NCBI RefSeq assembly: GCF_009914755.1
Contig: NC_060946.1
Origin: the human T2T-CHM13v2.0 reference genome, Homo sapiens
Reading direction: 5' to 3' (one strand)
Length of the DNA stretch: 64,000 nucleotides
The notes below the pieces were generated by a model, which was given only the letters and a program-made list of their open reading frames with translations, made no database searches and had not been told where the DNA came from. A program made the position numbers and the translations under genes. This document shows, piece after piece, positions 30,211 to 44,621 of the stretch (positions within the stretch are counted from its first letter, which is position 1; every line of letters starts with the position of its first letter).

Positions 30211-31540
30211 ATCCACTTTCTCATGATACAGTTTTCTAACTGGGCTTACTTGGATGCTAGCAAAATGCAGGCTTACCAGGATATCAAAGCAAAGAAAGAA
30301 CAGGAACTGCAAGATATCCAGTCTCAGTACAAATAATAACTTAATTTTTACACACAAATATTTGCCACAGTGTTTCAGCCAATGCATTTACAGCTCTGAC
30401 ACATCATCAGACAACTGCTCTGCAGTACAGATGCCTATCCCACCAAACTAACGTAGACGTTCAAACACCTCGCTTTATGTCTCAAGCTGCTGGGCTTTTT
30501 CTTTAGAGCAAATACTGGCAGTTTCATGTTAGTCATTTTAAAAGGCAACACTTTGACAAAATAATTGTTCATACCTTGGAAATTTGTGGAAGGTTCATAT
30601 TTATTGCTAGAGGATTTCTACCAAGACACTCTATGGAATATGTTATACTCCTTGAATAGGTACCTGTGACATGCCAGCATCAAAAGATGAGACCATAAAT
30701 TCACATATATGCCATCTATCCTAAAATAAGTATTATCTACATAGAAAATAAAATGAAATTGGTGTGAAGTTCCAATTCTGACAGCTGACATTTGTTAAAC
30801 TTTGGCTCAAAGATAATGTGATTCTCATACTGACTTTACAAATTATCTTTTCTTCCCAAGTCCAGGGCCAATTAACTTCCTGAGCCAGTAAGAAAATATT
30901 TTTCAATAATGCTAATATTAGCTACAATTCTGCTGACTCGACTACTAAAGAACTCGATTATGACTCATTGACAAGCTTTCCAGAAACAATTTTATAATCT
31001 ATTACTAAAGAATCTGGATTCTGACTCATTGAAAAATCTTCCAAGTGCAATTTTATAATAGGTCTTATTTCAACAAAATACTGATCCAGTTTTCATTATC
31101 CTTCGGAAATACACGTCAGCTCTGTCTTAAGGAGTATTTGTTTTAAATTTCTAAGAATTTATATTATAACCAGAGACCCAAATATCTTTCACAGAATTTT
31201 GTCCATAAATGTTTTTCTTAATTAAGAAGTGTTACCTTATTAAAATGAGCACCATTTTAAACCATTTTTCAGTGGTCTGGGTAAACAGTTTCATACCAAC
31301 TCTCTAAAACCTAATTTCAAACTGACCACAGACTTCTAATCTTTTATTTTTATAGATTTGAAGACATAATTTAAATTAGGGTTGGTATTTCTTTTTGTCT
31401 TATCTAAATCTTAGTTTCCTGGAATAATAAAGTTTGATGTTCAGCAAGAAAACTGCTTGACTTCAAGCCATTTTCAAAAGAAACTTTACTTCTTCATTAT
31501 TGTGTTCCAGACATTAAGTGACTATAGGTACTGGGTATTA
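30211..31540 (+). pseudogene. GPM6BP3: GPM6B pseudogene fragment: terminal coding exon plus 3' UTR, preceded by intron-like sequence
   Basis: After tcccttcaag| the frame reads IHFLMIQFSNWAYLDASKMQAYQDIKAKKEQELQDIQSQYK**LNFYT, matching the GPM6B C-terminus (...QDIKAKEEQELQDIQSRSKEQLNSYT). Premature TAA at 30334. Symbol assigned from recalled locus context; 3' boundary approximate. Confidence 0.85.
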
Positions 31541-32187
31541 GTGTTGATCTTTCAGAGTGTATCTAACTTAGATTTAACAACAAATTGGTAAAGGCTGTTA
31601 TGGTTCATTTTTCTATATTTAGAAATAACTCTGGAATCACAACTCCAATTGAAGGGCTAAAACTTAAGCTGAATACATGCAGAGACAGTTTTTGTGATCT
31701 ACATGCCTAAGCTCTTTATGAACTGTCTCCATCTCAGTCACCTTTACCAACATGGGCCTAAAGAAATTAGGATGCTATGTTTGCATTTTCTTTGAATAAA
31801 ATTTCAATATCTCAGTTTCTCTAGACTTCAGCTTCTTCACTTCATGCAAAACAGAAATAACATGATATGACCAAATGTTATCGCTGGGCTATTATGAGTG
31901 GCTTAAAATTATAAAAGTTTTACAGACAGACCAATAGGATAGACTAGAGAGTTGAGAAGTAGACCCCAAGAGATGACAAACACGTGACTTATATAGCCCT
32001 GTTCCCATGCTGTTAATTGGTATCATTCATCAATCACAGCATTCTTCTTCAAAGACAAGATACAGCCTCAGAAATCCTTCTCAGCACAGCACTCCAGGAA
32101 GCCACTACCAACAGAACAAAGGTGGCATCATAGATAAATCCTATCTAGCCTTAACTGTCCTGGTACATATAAAAACTGTATAGGAGT

Positions 32188-32500
<313 letters not shown>

Positions 32501-32785
32501 ACAACTGGATAGGAGAAATCAAAGGATTATTTAATGATGCTACAATAATTTGTTTAACTATTTGGGATATGTTCCTAAAATCAAGAAATACTTCTATGCT
32601 TACAGCACCTCCCACTCTAACATCTAGCAAATCTATTAGACAAACAAAAAAAGCAAGATCAGTGTGGCAGACTGGGAACAGAAAACCCGTACTGAATGTG
32701 TATTCTTTTATAAATACAAACCATATTCTAATAATCTATTCTAATTTTCCCTAGGTAGCCAGACTAAGGTAGAAAGGTGTATCTG

Positions 32786-33105
32786 GGCCAGGCATGGCGG
32801 CTCACGCCTGTAATCCCAGCACTTTGGGAGGCTGAGATGGGCAGATCACGAGGTCAGGAGGTGGAGACCATCCTGCCTAACATGGTAAAAACCCCGTCTC
32901 TACTAAAAATACAAAAAAAACAAAAACAAAACAAAACAAAAAAAATCAGCCAGGCGTGGTGGCGGCACCTTACCAGCTACTCGGGAGGCTGAGGCAGGAG
33001 AATGGTGTGAACCCAGGAGGCGGAGCTTGCAGTGAGCCGAGATCGCGCCACTGCGCTCCAGCCTGGGTGACAGTGCGAGACTCCAGCTCAAAAAAAAAAA
33101 AAAAA
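32786..33105 (+). mobile_element. AluY-like with expanded middle A-rich region
   Basis: TSD aaaggtgtatctg on both sides. Confidence 0.95.
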
Positions 33106-34052
33106 AAGGTGTATCTGAAGAGTTATGCCAACAGGACACCCCAATTCTCAGAGTTCCACATATAAATATATTGCCTAATCTACCTTCTTTTACCCTAGAG
33201 GCTTAATCCCTCCATCTTCTAGACTCTGATGAGTTGCCAGCTGTAATTCAGAGGGACCATCACCAACATCTTACAGACAGAGTCCTTGTTCTCACTGCCT
33301 GACAAAAAGAGCAGGCAAAATCCATAAGAAGCATGTGGAACCTCAAATTGCAAGTATGAATGTATTTTCAACATTAAATATGGTATTAAGTAATAAAAGC
33401 AACTCTTGGGGGGAAAAACTTGTTTCTAGACTCATCGCCTCAGTATAACCTTACAAAGAATAAAGATAAATGACATTTATTACTGTCATTGCAGATTACT
33501 ATTTACTAAGTATCCTACTTTAAATAAATAAACCAAAAGTCCTCTGCTTTTAATGTTTAGGTGTAGAAGAAAAATGAATTGTGTTACCACTGGAGAACAG
33601 GATTAGAATAGGAAGGGGTAGAGTTTGTAATAATAAGCATGTATTACTTTTCTTCCTGACATAGAAGGTTCCACTCCACTTCTACCTTCAATGAGCTTAT
33701 AAATCAATTTAAGAAATTAATAGAAAACCAAAGAAGTTATGGGTTGCATAGGATGCCTAAGTAGATTAGAAAAATGAATAAACTGTCACTTCAAAAACCA
33801 TTAGGAGGGCCACGACACAAACGGACGTGGGATTCTTTATACTGTGGCTAAAAAAATAGTTAATAGCTCTTAGTTCCATTCTTTTTCCTCCTAAAGTTCC
33901 TGAATGTGGAGACTAAATGCTGCTGCAGAAGTTAGGCTTCACACAGTTTGAAACTGATCACTTTTTACATGCATGTATAATCTCAGGGTTGTTATTACAC
34001 TTAACTGGTGATGACGAGAATACTGATAATAATGATGGCAAAGAAAAATAAG

Positions 34053-34388
<336 letters not shown>

Positions 34389-34560
34389 TTAAAACTTGTT
34401 CTACTTGACATTTTAATAGGATAACTTTCAGCTTTCCCTATAGAATGCAATAAGTTATGCTTATTCACTGCTACACAGAATTAGGTTGTTAAAGTCCTTT
34501 TCGGCATATAGCTATTTGAGTATAGCTGTGAAAATTAATGTAATATAATGTAAAAAATAA

Positions 34561-34924
<364 letters not shown>

Positions 34925-34937
34925 AAAACTGAAAAAA

Positions 34938-35198
<261 letters not shown>

Positions 35199-36035
35199 AC
35201 AGAACTGCTATGATCTGCACTAATTAGAAGACAGTATATTTATTATGTTGTTTACTTAAAAAGACAACAGTCTATGGTTTAGGAATTTCTAGTAAGATCA
35301 TATGTAATAGTTTTAATAATTAGTTTATAATTTAAATTGATATCACTAACAGAAACATATAGCATCATGATTCAAGGCATTATTTAATACTAAGCTATGA
35401 ATAAAGTATTTTGATGGAAAAATAATATCTCAAGCCAGCATCCCACAGAAATCACAAGGGACTACACAATTTCTAGATGATCAGGACACAGAAGAAGTGT
35501 CATAGAAATTTAGGCTTTTCCTTTTACTATGGTAAATTAAGAAACATGCTATTACTACTTGTTTGGATAAGAAAAATTGGAAGTTACTACTTGAATTTCA
35601 AATAATTTCCATGGCAGGGCTTTACCAGTAGAGTACTACTGAATAGTGGTGATGGAAAACAATAATCTGGAAGTAATAATTTGAGTCTCTGATGGAGCCC
35701 AAGAAGCAGAAGGCATAAAACACACAGAGGTTACACTTAGAAAGCACTTTATAGTTAAACAGATCATTTTTGCACATAGTGTCTCTTTGTTCCTTACAAA
35801 ATCCTTCATGGTTAAGATGGCTATTTATAAGGATCCTCATTTTACAAATGAAAAAACTAAGCCTGAAGCATTAAGAAACACAAATAGTGGCAGAACTGGA
35901 GCTTAAACCCAAGTCTTTTAGGTCCAATCTGCTTTATATTACTTTACTTTCCTCCTCTCTATTCATAAACTAATGTGAAAGAGAAAATGCAAACATTTTC
36001 CTAGACAAAGCGAAACATGTCCTCATATCTTACTT

Positions 36036-36172
36036 AAAAAAGAAGGAAAAGGAGTAGGAGGAAGAAGGAAGGAGAGAGAAGGGAGAAGGGGAAGAGGGGA
36101 GAAAAGCAAAGAGAGAGGAAAAAGGGGAAAGAGGAAAGAAGAGAAGAACATGGAGAAGGGAAGAGAAAGAAG
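36036..36172. repeat. GA-rich low-complexity tract
   Basis: Near-pure polypurine run. Confidence 0.85.
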
Positions 36173-36649
36173 TGGTTACTTCGAGACATTTCTCATTCCA
36201 AGAAACTGCCATGGGAAAGTCAATAAGCTTATAAACATCTGAACAAAACTTGAGAGGAACCCTAAACAATTTTGAAGAAATCTAATGGAAGAGTTCTGAA
36301 AGTTTGCCTACCAAAACAATCCTGACGAGAGAGACAAAAACTGCATATATTAGAGCTGATGCTAGTTGCCATCAGGCAACATGATGTGTCTGTCAATTCT
36401 ATTCTCTTGTAACAACCAATAACCCTGCATTGTTATAACACACAATATTTACTATATTCATCTGCCCCATAGAAAACTTGTCCTGTTCAATGAATGAACA
36501 AAAAGTCAAACAGTGAGGAATTTCAAGAGAAAGCTACTATATTAAAAATATTCTCAACTTGAAATCAATATTATAAAGTCTCATAAATGTCTCCAAATTC
36601 ATGAAAAAGAAAAAGCTAGAAAGTCAGCTTCAAATAAAGACCCTGCACA

Positions 36650-36780
36650 AAGCCTCCCATTCACAATTGTTACAAAGAGAATAAAATACCTAGGAATACA
36701 GCTAATGAGGGGTGTGAAGAACCTCTTCAAATAGAACTACAAGCCACCGCTCAAGGGAATAAGAGAGGACACAAACAAAG
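36650..36780 (+). mobile_element. Short primate L1 ORF2 fragment
   Basis: cccattcacaattg...aataaaatacctaggaatacagcta...agagaggacacaaacaaa. Confidence 0.85.
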
Positions 36781-37827
36781 GAGAAGGCCAGGGCATTGAC
36801 CATGATCACCACGAAAGGTGTGGTGCCTGGTGGCTCTGCTGAGAGCATGCTCTCTGTGTGCCAGTGACCTCTGTAGGCAGAGGGAGGAGGGCTTGCCCTG
36901 GCACCAAGATCATTAAATGCACCATCACAGGCATGACAGGGTGAATCGTGTCATCTCATGGGAAGCATACCTCAGTTCCCCTCACTCTTCTGAGGACAGA
37001 TACTGGGTCCATCCCTGGACCTGAGTTGCTCAGCAGTGGGGCTGAGATGAGCTCTGGAACCTAGCCCAGCCCTGCATTCATCCCCCAGACCGCTCGGCCA
37101 GCCACAACCCCATGTACCAGAAGCAGCATCTGTTCAACAGCAACCTCCACTGGGACTCCAGGGCCTTCCGCAGACTCAGCCACCTGGTGCGAGAGACTCA
37201 CCTCAACTTCTCAAGGTAACACAGCTGAGCTCCCTGGAGTTTGGGAGGTGGGAGGGAAAGGGGTGAGGTTCCTCCGTGCAACTCACAGCCTCTCCCTCGA
37301 CGGGCCAATAGGAGAACACAGGAGACTGCAGACCATGCAGGTGACCAGGCCAGAGCCCAGGGGCAGGAGAGGCCTCCTGTTTACGGGGCAGAGGGGAGCT
37401 TGGCAGGCGGGGCCTCCTGGTGCCCAGCAGGGGTCATGGCAGCTTCCCTGGACCACGTTGTTCCATATGCGGGGAGACATTGAGAGTTGGCTTGGTGTGA
37501 GTAGCCCACTGCAGGTGAACCTTCACATTCTGACTCCTGATCTCTGCTCCTCAGGTTTGCCCACCAGTTCCTAGATCCAGGCACATACATGTTTCAAGAC
37601 AATGGGCAGCCAGAGAGCCTGGCCGTGGTGCTGGTGAAGGAGGAGGGGGTGGCCTGTAGTCCTGGCCTGTGCCCTGTGCAGCCCTCATCCCCTATCAGCT
37701 GGGCAGGCAAAGCATCCTCAGGCACAGGCTGCCAAACCTGGGCCCAGACTGGGCAGTGATCACAGGTACTGATTGACAGGACATAGCAGCCAGGACTTGA
37801 GCAGGCAGGGAGGAGTGCCATGCCACA

Positions 37828-37899
37828 GGGCCCTGAGTGTCTGTCAGCCCTGTCCGAGTTCCTGGGCCCCTAGTGTGTGTCAGCCCTGTCCGAGGCTCT
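37828..37899. repeat. 36-bp tandem duplication
   Basis: gggccctgagtgtctgtcagccctgtccgagttcct / gggcccctagtgtgtgtcagccctgtccgaggctct. Confidence 0.85.
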
Positions 37900-38268
37900 G
37901 GGCGTAGCCACCAAACTCCAGATATGATGACAGTGACAGTGGCATGGTGCAGCTTGTCCTTGACCTGGGACTTCATTTGCAGGCAAAAATTTTCTCCATT
38001 TGGGGCCTCCTTTCTCACCTCCCCTTCCCCACTTCTCATGCTCATTTTTCCTGGAAGCTGCCCCAGTGGACAGGGTTCCTGAGTGGAGTCACAGGATCAC
38101 AGACATCCTAGACTAGCCCCCAGTGTGGGTTTCCCATCTTCCTTCCTTCTTTTCTCCAGAGGTCAGCAATCCGCACTGAGCTCTTCAGGCTGGGGCCTGC
38201 CCAGTGGGCAGAGAGGACACAGCCCTCTGATGGCTAAGACTCAGCCCTGGGCACAGGGCAGCAGCTCT

Positions 38269-38274
<6 letters not shown>

Positions 38275-38312
<38 letters not shown>

Positions 38313-38345
38313 TGCATGCATACATGCATGCATGCACACATACAT
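38275..38345. repeat. (CA)n / (CATG)n microsatellite
   Basis: Read directly from the sequence. Confidence 0.95.
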
Positions 38346-39111
38346 TCAGAGCACAGGTCACATGTGGGGCTGTCCCAGGAGGGTCCTCACACAGAAGGGC
38401 ACAGGGTAGTGGGGAGGGCCTCCCAGAGGGAGACTAATGGCCCAGAGACAGGAAAGGAGCTGTGAAGAGTTCAACCGCAAGGGCAGCAGGGCAGAGGCCA
38501 GGGCCACTGAGGCAAATGCAAAACAGCGGTTCTCACGTTCCCAGGCAGCCTGGAGGGGCTCTGAGTGGCCACCATGTAGCCCCATTCCCCTCTCCCGCCC
38601 ACCTTCCAGGGGTGCTGCTGGCTGTTGGCTTGGCAACTGTGCTGTTGATGGGCCTGGGCCTCCTGCTGAGTCCCTCCCTGCCCCACGCCTGCCCCATGCA
38701 GGCTTGGAAGACTCGGTGGAGAAGGCTAGGACAGCCTCAGGTGCCTGCTGAGTATGTGATCCTCAGAGACAGGTGAGTTCCCCCTGCCCTCCACACACCA
38801 GGCCCAGCCCTGGCCAGCCCGGGGACTGCTGTGGCAGGTCTGGCCACTCCCCAGGAGCCCGGGCACTGGCCAAGCTCCCCCTGTCCCTGTGGACTTGGGA
38901 CAGATGACCTTTAGAGTTAACCTGTGATGTGGGCTCCACCTGGGGTTCAGCACTGCCGCTCATGTCTAGGCACTGAGGTTGGTTCTTCCTTTCAGCCTCC
39001 CGTTCTATGAAGACCTTGGCCCTTGGGGATCTGGGGAAGGAGCTGACTCCAAGAAGGCCATGAGCCGGGGCACAGGTACCATGCTGGTGTGCAGCCAACC
39101 CCTCCTCAACA

Positions 39112-41520
39112 ATACTTGTTATTTTCCCTTTACTAGATAGTAGGTATCCTACTGGGGACGTATACACTGATATCTTTTTGTAGTTTTGATTTGCATTCTT
39201 CACTAATGATTAGTCATATTGAGCATTATTGAGCATCTTTTTATGTGCTTATTGGCCATTTGTATATCTTCTTTTGAGAAATATCTATTGAAGTTCTTTG
39301 TCCAGTTTTGAATTAAGTTGTTTGGTTTTTGTGGTTGTTGTTGTTGACTTTCAAGAGTTCTCTATTTATCACATACATGATTTGACAATATTTTCTGTGG
39401 TTCTGTGGGTTGCCTTTTTACTCTGTTTATAGTGGTTTTTGATGCACGAAATGTTTTTTAAGTCATGAAATTCAGTTTGCATATTTTTTCTTTTATTGCC
39501 TGTGCCTTTGGTATTGAATTCAAAAATTCGTTGCCAAATCCAATACTGTGATGTTTTTGTCCTGTGTTTTCTTCTAAGAATGTTATTGTTTTAGGTCATA
39601 CATTTAGGTCTTTGATCCATTTTAGTTAATTTTTTTGTATGGTGTTAGGAAAGAATCCAACTTCATTCTTTCGCATGTGGATATCTAGTTCTCTCAGCAC
39701 AATTTATTGAAAAGACTGTCCTTCTTCCCCCTGAAGGGTCTTGGGTTCCTTGTCAAAAGTGATTTGACTGTATCTGGAACAGATTATTTCTGGACTCTCA
39801 ATCCTTTTACCAGTTATAGGTCTATTCAGATTTTCTATTTCTTCATGATTTAGTCATGGTGGGTTTCGTGTTTCCAGGAACTTGTCCATTTCATCTAGGT
39901 TGTCTTAATTCGTTGGCATACAATTGTTCATAGTACTCTTATAGTCCTATTTTATTTTTGTAGACTTGTCCGCATTTTCACTTCTGATTTTAGTAATTTG
40001 AATCTCCTTCTTTTTTTCTTAGTTCATCTAGCTAAAAATATGTCAATTTTGTTCATCTCTCCCAAGAAACAACTTTTGATTTTCTCTATTTTTTTCTATT
40101 TTTTGTGTTTATCTCTGCTCTAATCTTTGTTATTTCCTTCCTTCTGCTAGCTTTGAGTTAAGTTTGTTCCTCTTTTTCTAGTTGCTTAAGTTGTAAAGTT
40201 AGGTTGTTCATAGAGAGATTTTTTTGTTTTTTGATACAAATATTTATAGGTACACATTTTACCCCTTGGGTTGGTAGGTGGTGCTTTTTTATGTTCATTC
40301 ATCTCATTATTTTCTAATTTCCCCTATGATTGCTTCTTTGATCCATTGGTTGTTTAAAAATGTGTTGTTTAATTTCCAAAAGTTCTTGGATTTTTTTAGT
40401 TTTTCTTCAATTACTAATTTCTAGCTTCATCCCACTGTGGTTAAAGAAGATACTTTTTATGATATCCATCTTTTTAAATTTATTGAGACTTAATTTGTGG
40501 CCTAACATATGCTCTATCCTGGAAAACATCCCATAAGCACTTTAGAAAAATATGCATGCTGTTTTTGTTGGGTAATGTTTTCTATATGTCTGTTAGATCT
40601 AGCTGGTTTATCGTGTGTTTAAGTCCCCTATTTCCTTACTTATATGCTGTCTGGTTGTTCTATTATTAAGAAGTGGGTATATATACACCATGGAATACCA
40701 TGCAGTCATAAAAAAGAATGAATTCATGTCCTTTGCAGGGACATGGATGAAGCTGGAAGCCATCATTCTCAGCAAACTAACACAGGCACAGAAGACCAAA
40801 CACCACATGTTTTCACTTAAAAGTGGGAATTGAACAATGAGAACACATGGACACAGGGAGGGGAACATCACACACCAGGGCCCGTTAGGGGGTGGGGGGA
40901 CAAGGGGAGGAAGAGCATTAGGACAAATACCTAATGCCTGCGGGGCTTAAAACCTAGATGATGAGTTGATAGGTGAAGCAAACCACCGTGGCACATGTAT
41001 ACCTATGTAACAAGCCTGCACATTCTACACATGTATCCCAGAAATTAAAGTAAAATTAAATACATAAATAAATAAGTGGATATTGCAGTCTCCAACCATT
41101 ATTGTAGAACTATTTCTCCCTTCAATTCTGACAGTTTTTACGTTGCATATTTTAGTGGTCTGTCATTCAGTGTGTCATGCATATCTTGACATATCAAGCA
41201 TATCCTTGCTGCATTGAACCTTTTATTAGTATTAATATATAGTGTACTTCTTTGTCTCTTGTAAACTTTTTTTATTTAAAGTTTATTTTGTGTGATACTA
41301 ATATAACTATCCCTGCTCTCTTTTGGTTACTCTTTTCATGGAATATCTTTGTCTGTTCACTTTCAATCTAGTTGTGTCTTTGAATGTAAAGTGAGACTTT
41401 GTAGATAGCAAATCTACAAAGCTGATCATGTGTTTCTATGATCATGTGTTGGATCATGTGTTTTTATCCATTCTGCCAATCTCTGTTTTTTTATTGGAGA
41501 CTTCAATCCATTTATGTAGA
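39112..41520 (-). mobile_element. Old L1 (L1M) fragments, interrupted by a younger L1PA 3' end
   Basis: Typical antisense L1 text (gttttgatttgcatt, ttggccatttgtatatcttc, tttatctctgctctaatcttt). Confidence 0.85.
40681..41068 (+). mobile_element. 5'-truncated L1PA (L1PA7/8-like) 3' end
   Basis: ORF2 C-terminus YTMEY...KHHMFSL; 3' UTR; degenerate A tail; candidate TSD aagtgggtat / aagtggatat. Confidence 0.92.
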
Positions 41521-42261
41521 ATCTTCTAATTCCTCTCTCTCTCTCTCTCTCTCTCTCCCCTACATTGAATTTGCTGACTTTTGTGCTGCTGTTGAGATAA
41601 AATGCACTGCTGATGCATGGTATTGCTAATCCAAAACTACTTGGGTATTTTGTTTTTCTTATACAATTCAGCCAGTTCTAGCTAAAATGCAAAAATTGAA
41701 AATTTAACCCTAAACTCATTTGAAACTGAAGGTGAAAAAAATATATGAAAAGAGTTTTGTGGGTTTTTTTAAATCAAATTGCCATGGAAACTGCTTTTTT
41801 CAAAACTTTGTTTCATAGCCTTCATTACATTACCCTCTGGGGCAAATGAAATTTAGCCATCTGAACAGGTTCCAGTTTTGTCAGGAATACAATTTGAATC
41901 CAGCCATCTTTGGTAAACCAGTGAGTTTATATTACCATCTCATGACAAAATTATAGAATGAAAGCTATAAGATATTTATGTGTGTGTATGTGTTTAGATG
42001 TGTTTATGTAGGTGTACATGTATTTTTCATGTTTTGTCTATATGGTATCAAATTGACTTATAAATAAACATGCATACATTAGGAAGTACAAATATTTTCC
42101 AAGTTCACATGACTTAAATCTTTAATAAGTAAGCTGGTTTTAGAATTATTAATAAAATATACATAGAAATGTCTTCAGAAATGTCAGCACACATTTTTGC
42201 CTGCATTTACTGATCTAAAAGTCTTATAGTTGTTTCTGCTAGATATTTTAAAGTGTCAGGG

Positions 42262-42648
<387 letters not shown>

Positions 42649-44203
42649 TTAATGTTGTTTTCACGAAAACAGACCTATCTTATGAGTTAGAGGCAAAATA
42701 CCCATATATGTAACTTTCAGGTTCTTATTTAAATGAACATTTGATATTCATAGGCTATAAAAGTTGTTAACAACAAAATAACTTGAAATACTTATCAGCT
42801 TTGTCTAATATCTCAGTTTGCGTAAGTAATCTTGTTATACTGTTAAAAGTAAGTAAATTAGGCAAATGTAAATAAAAAATGCTTATAAATAAACCTTTTA
42901 TGTAATTTGAAATCTTAAACTTATGATAAATTAAATAATAGAAACTCATTAAGTGTCATTTTCAATTAAGAAAATATTGTAAGAAAACGTTTAAAAAATG
43001 ATGAAATGGCTCTTTTCTATAAAATACTGATATGTGGCAGACAAGTCAAGATCTTGCTTACTAAGTTTACACCAAAATTTAAGGTTACTAAGAGTTAAAA
43101 TTTCTAACTAACATATAATTTTGTATATAAAGTATGCCAAAAAATAAGTTGTATTTTTGATAAGAAAAAATACAAGAAAGGCATGAAATGTGTTCTTATT
43201 GAGAAAAGAAAATTTTGTCTAATTCAGAGGTTATTTAAAGGTTATTTATGAAATAAGACAGAAAGAAACAAGTAATTGGAAGAGAAAGTGAAAGAAGTTA
43301 TGGATATGGAAATGTACTTTTTTGTAAAAAAACAAAAAGAGGTTAAAAAGAAAAGAGAATAATTTTGTATAAGAAAGAATCTTGTATAGTAAATTTTTTC
43401 CTACAGTGAAATGACTGGGTATTTAAGAAAAAGGAAATATAAGAAAGAGCAAAAAGTCCCAGGATGTCTTAAGTAGTCTGTGTAAGTCACAATAAGATAT
43501 TTGAAAAGACATTTATTAAAGGAAGTTTGTATGTGATTAAGTTTGCTGTAACACAAATATTTATCTTTCTAAATATGGAGTTTTGATATTAAAAATACAC
43601 TAATGCAAAACTAAAAATTGGTCCCCTATGTTAGAATAAGATTTCATGAAAGTATTTATTTGTTATTAATAAAATTACAAGAGGTTTTATCTGTTTCTTT
43701 TTGAAATTTCTCAAATTTATGTCCCAGAAGTTCAAATTCTGCTCTATCTCACTAAATGTGATTTGCAGTTTATATGTCATTGCCTTCTGTTCTTTATTCC
43801 CTTAAAAGGTAAATCTTTTTGCTTACCTGGGATGATAACTCTCTTCTTCAATCTTTTTATTAACTCCCGTAACTATTTTCTTCCACTCTACCTCTGATGT
43901 TGTGGCTGGACACTAAAATGCTTATCTTGAAGGTCTAGAATAGCAGTGTTTTCCTCTAGAATAATTTGATTCTGTACTCTTGGCTTTTCTTCAATAGAGG
44001 GGAATTCTCATGCTGTTACTGACAGCCATGTGTTTCTGTGCTCAAGGTATGAGTTTTCCTGTTTACATTCCTTTATACAATCGTGTACACATATAATCAT
44101 GGACACACTGTTCTTACATCTGATTAAGGTCCACTACCCTTTTTATCAGGCTTGACTTCCAGGCTATCTAAATGGGCTTCCCATAAGGAGAATTAGTCAT
44201 ACT

Positions 44204-44621
44204 TGTGTTGCTCCATTTTGCATTGCTATAAAGAAATACCTGAGACTGGGTAAATTATAAAGACATTTATTTTGGCTCACAGTTCTGCAGACTGTACAAG
44301 AAGAACAGTGCCAGCATCTGATTCTGGTGAGGGCCTCAGGAAGATTACAATTACATTTATGGTGGAAGGTGAATGAGGAGCAGGCATGTCACATGGCAAG
44401 AGAGGGAGCAAGAGAGAGGAGGAGGTGCCAAGCTCCTTTAAACAACCAGCTCTTGCATAAACTACCAGAGCAAGAACTCACTCATTGCCATGGGGATGGC
44501 AATGAGTCATTCATAAAGTATCTGCCTCTATGGCCCAAACACCTCCCACTAGGCCATCTCCAACACTGAAGGTAACATTTCAACATGAGATTTGGAGGGG
44601 ACACACATCCAAACTAAATTA
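44204..44621. mobile_element. MaLR solo LTR (MSTA/MSTB-like)
   Basis: gcattgctataaagaaatacctgagactgggtaa...caacatgagatttggaggggacacacatccaaac. Confidence 0.9.

Larger units (their letters stand above)
37089..39075 (+). pseudogene. Four-exon remnant of a transmembrane-protein gene (Gm9195 / si:ch211-286b4.4-like); exons 37089-37215, 37555-37765, 38610-38772, 38996-39075
   Basis: All four exons have AG/GT boundaries with pyrimidine tracts and compatible phases (1-2, 2-1, 1-2, 2-1), assuming a single 1-nt deletion near 37691. Exon 3 encodes a TM helix (VLLAVGLATVLLMGLGLLL). Family assignment is from memory. Confidence 0.8.

Noticed and set aside
37241-39203. Many overlapping ORFs in the GC-rich island
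   Set aside because: Expected from low stop-codon frequency; only the exonic part of 38462-38776 fits the spliced model.
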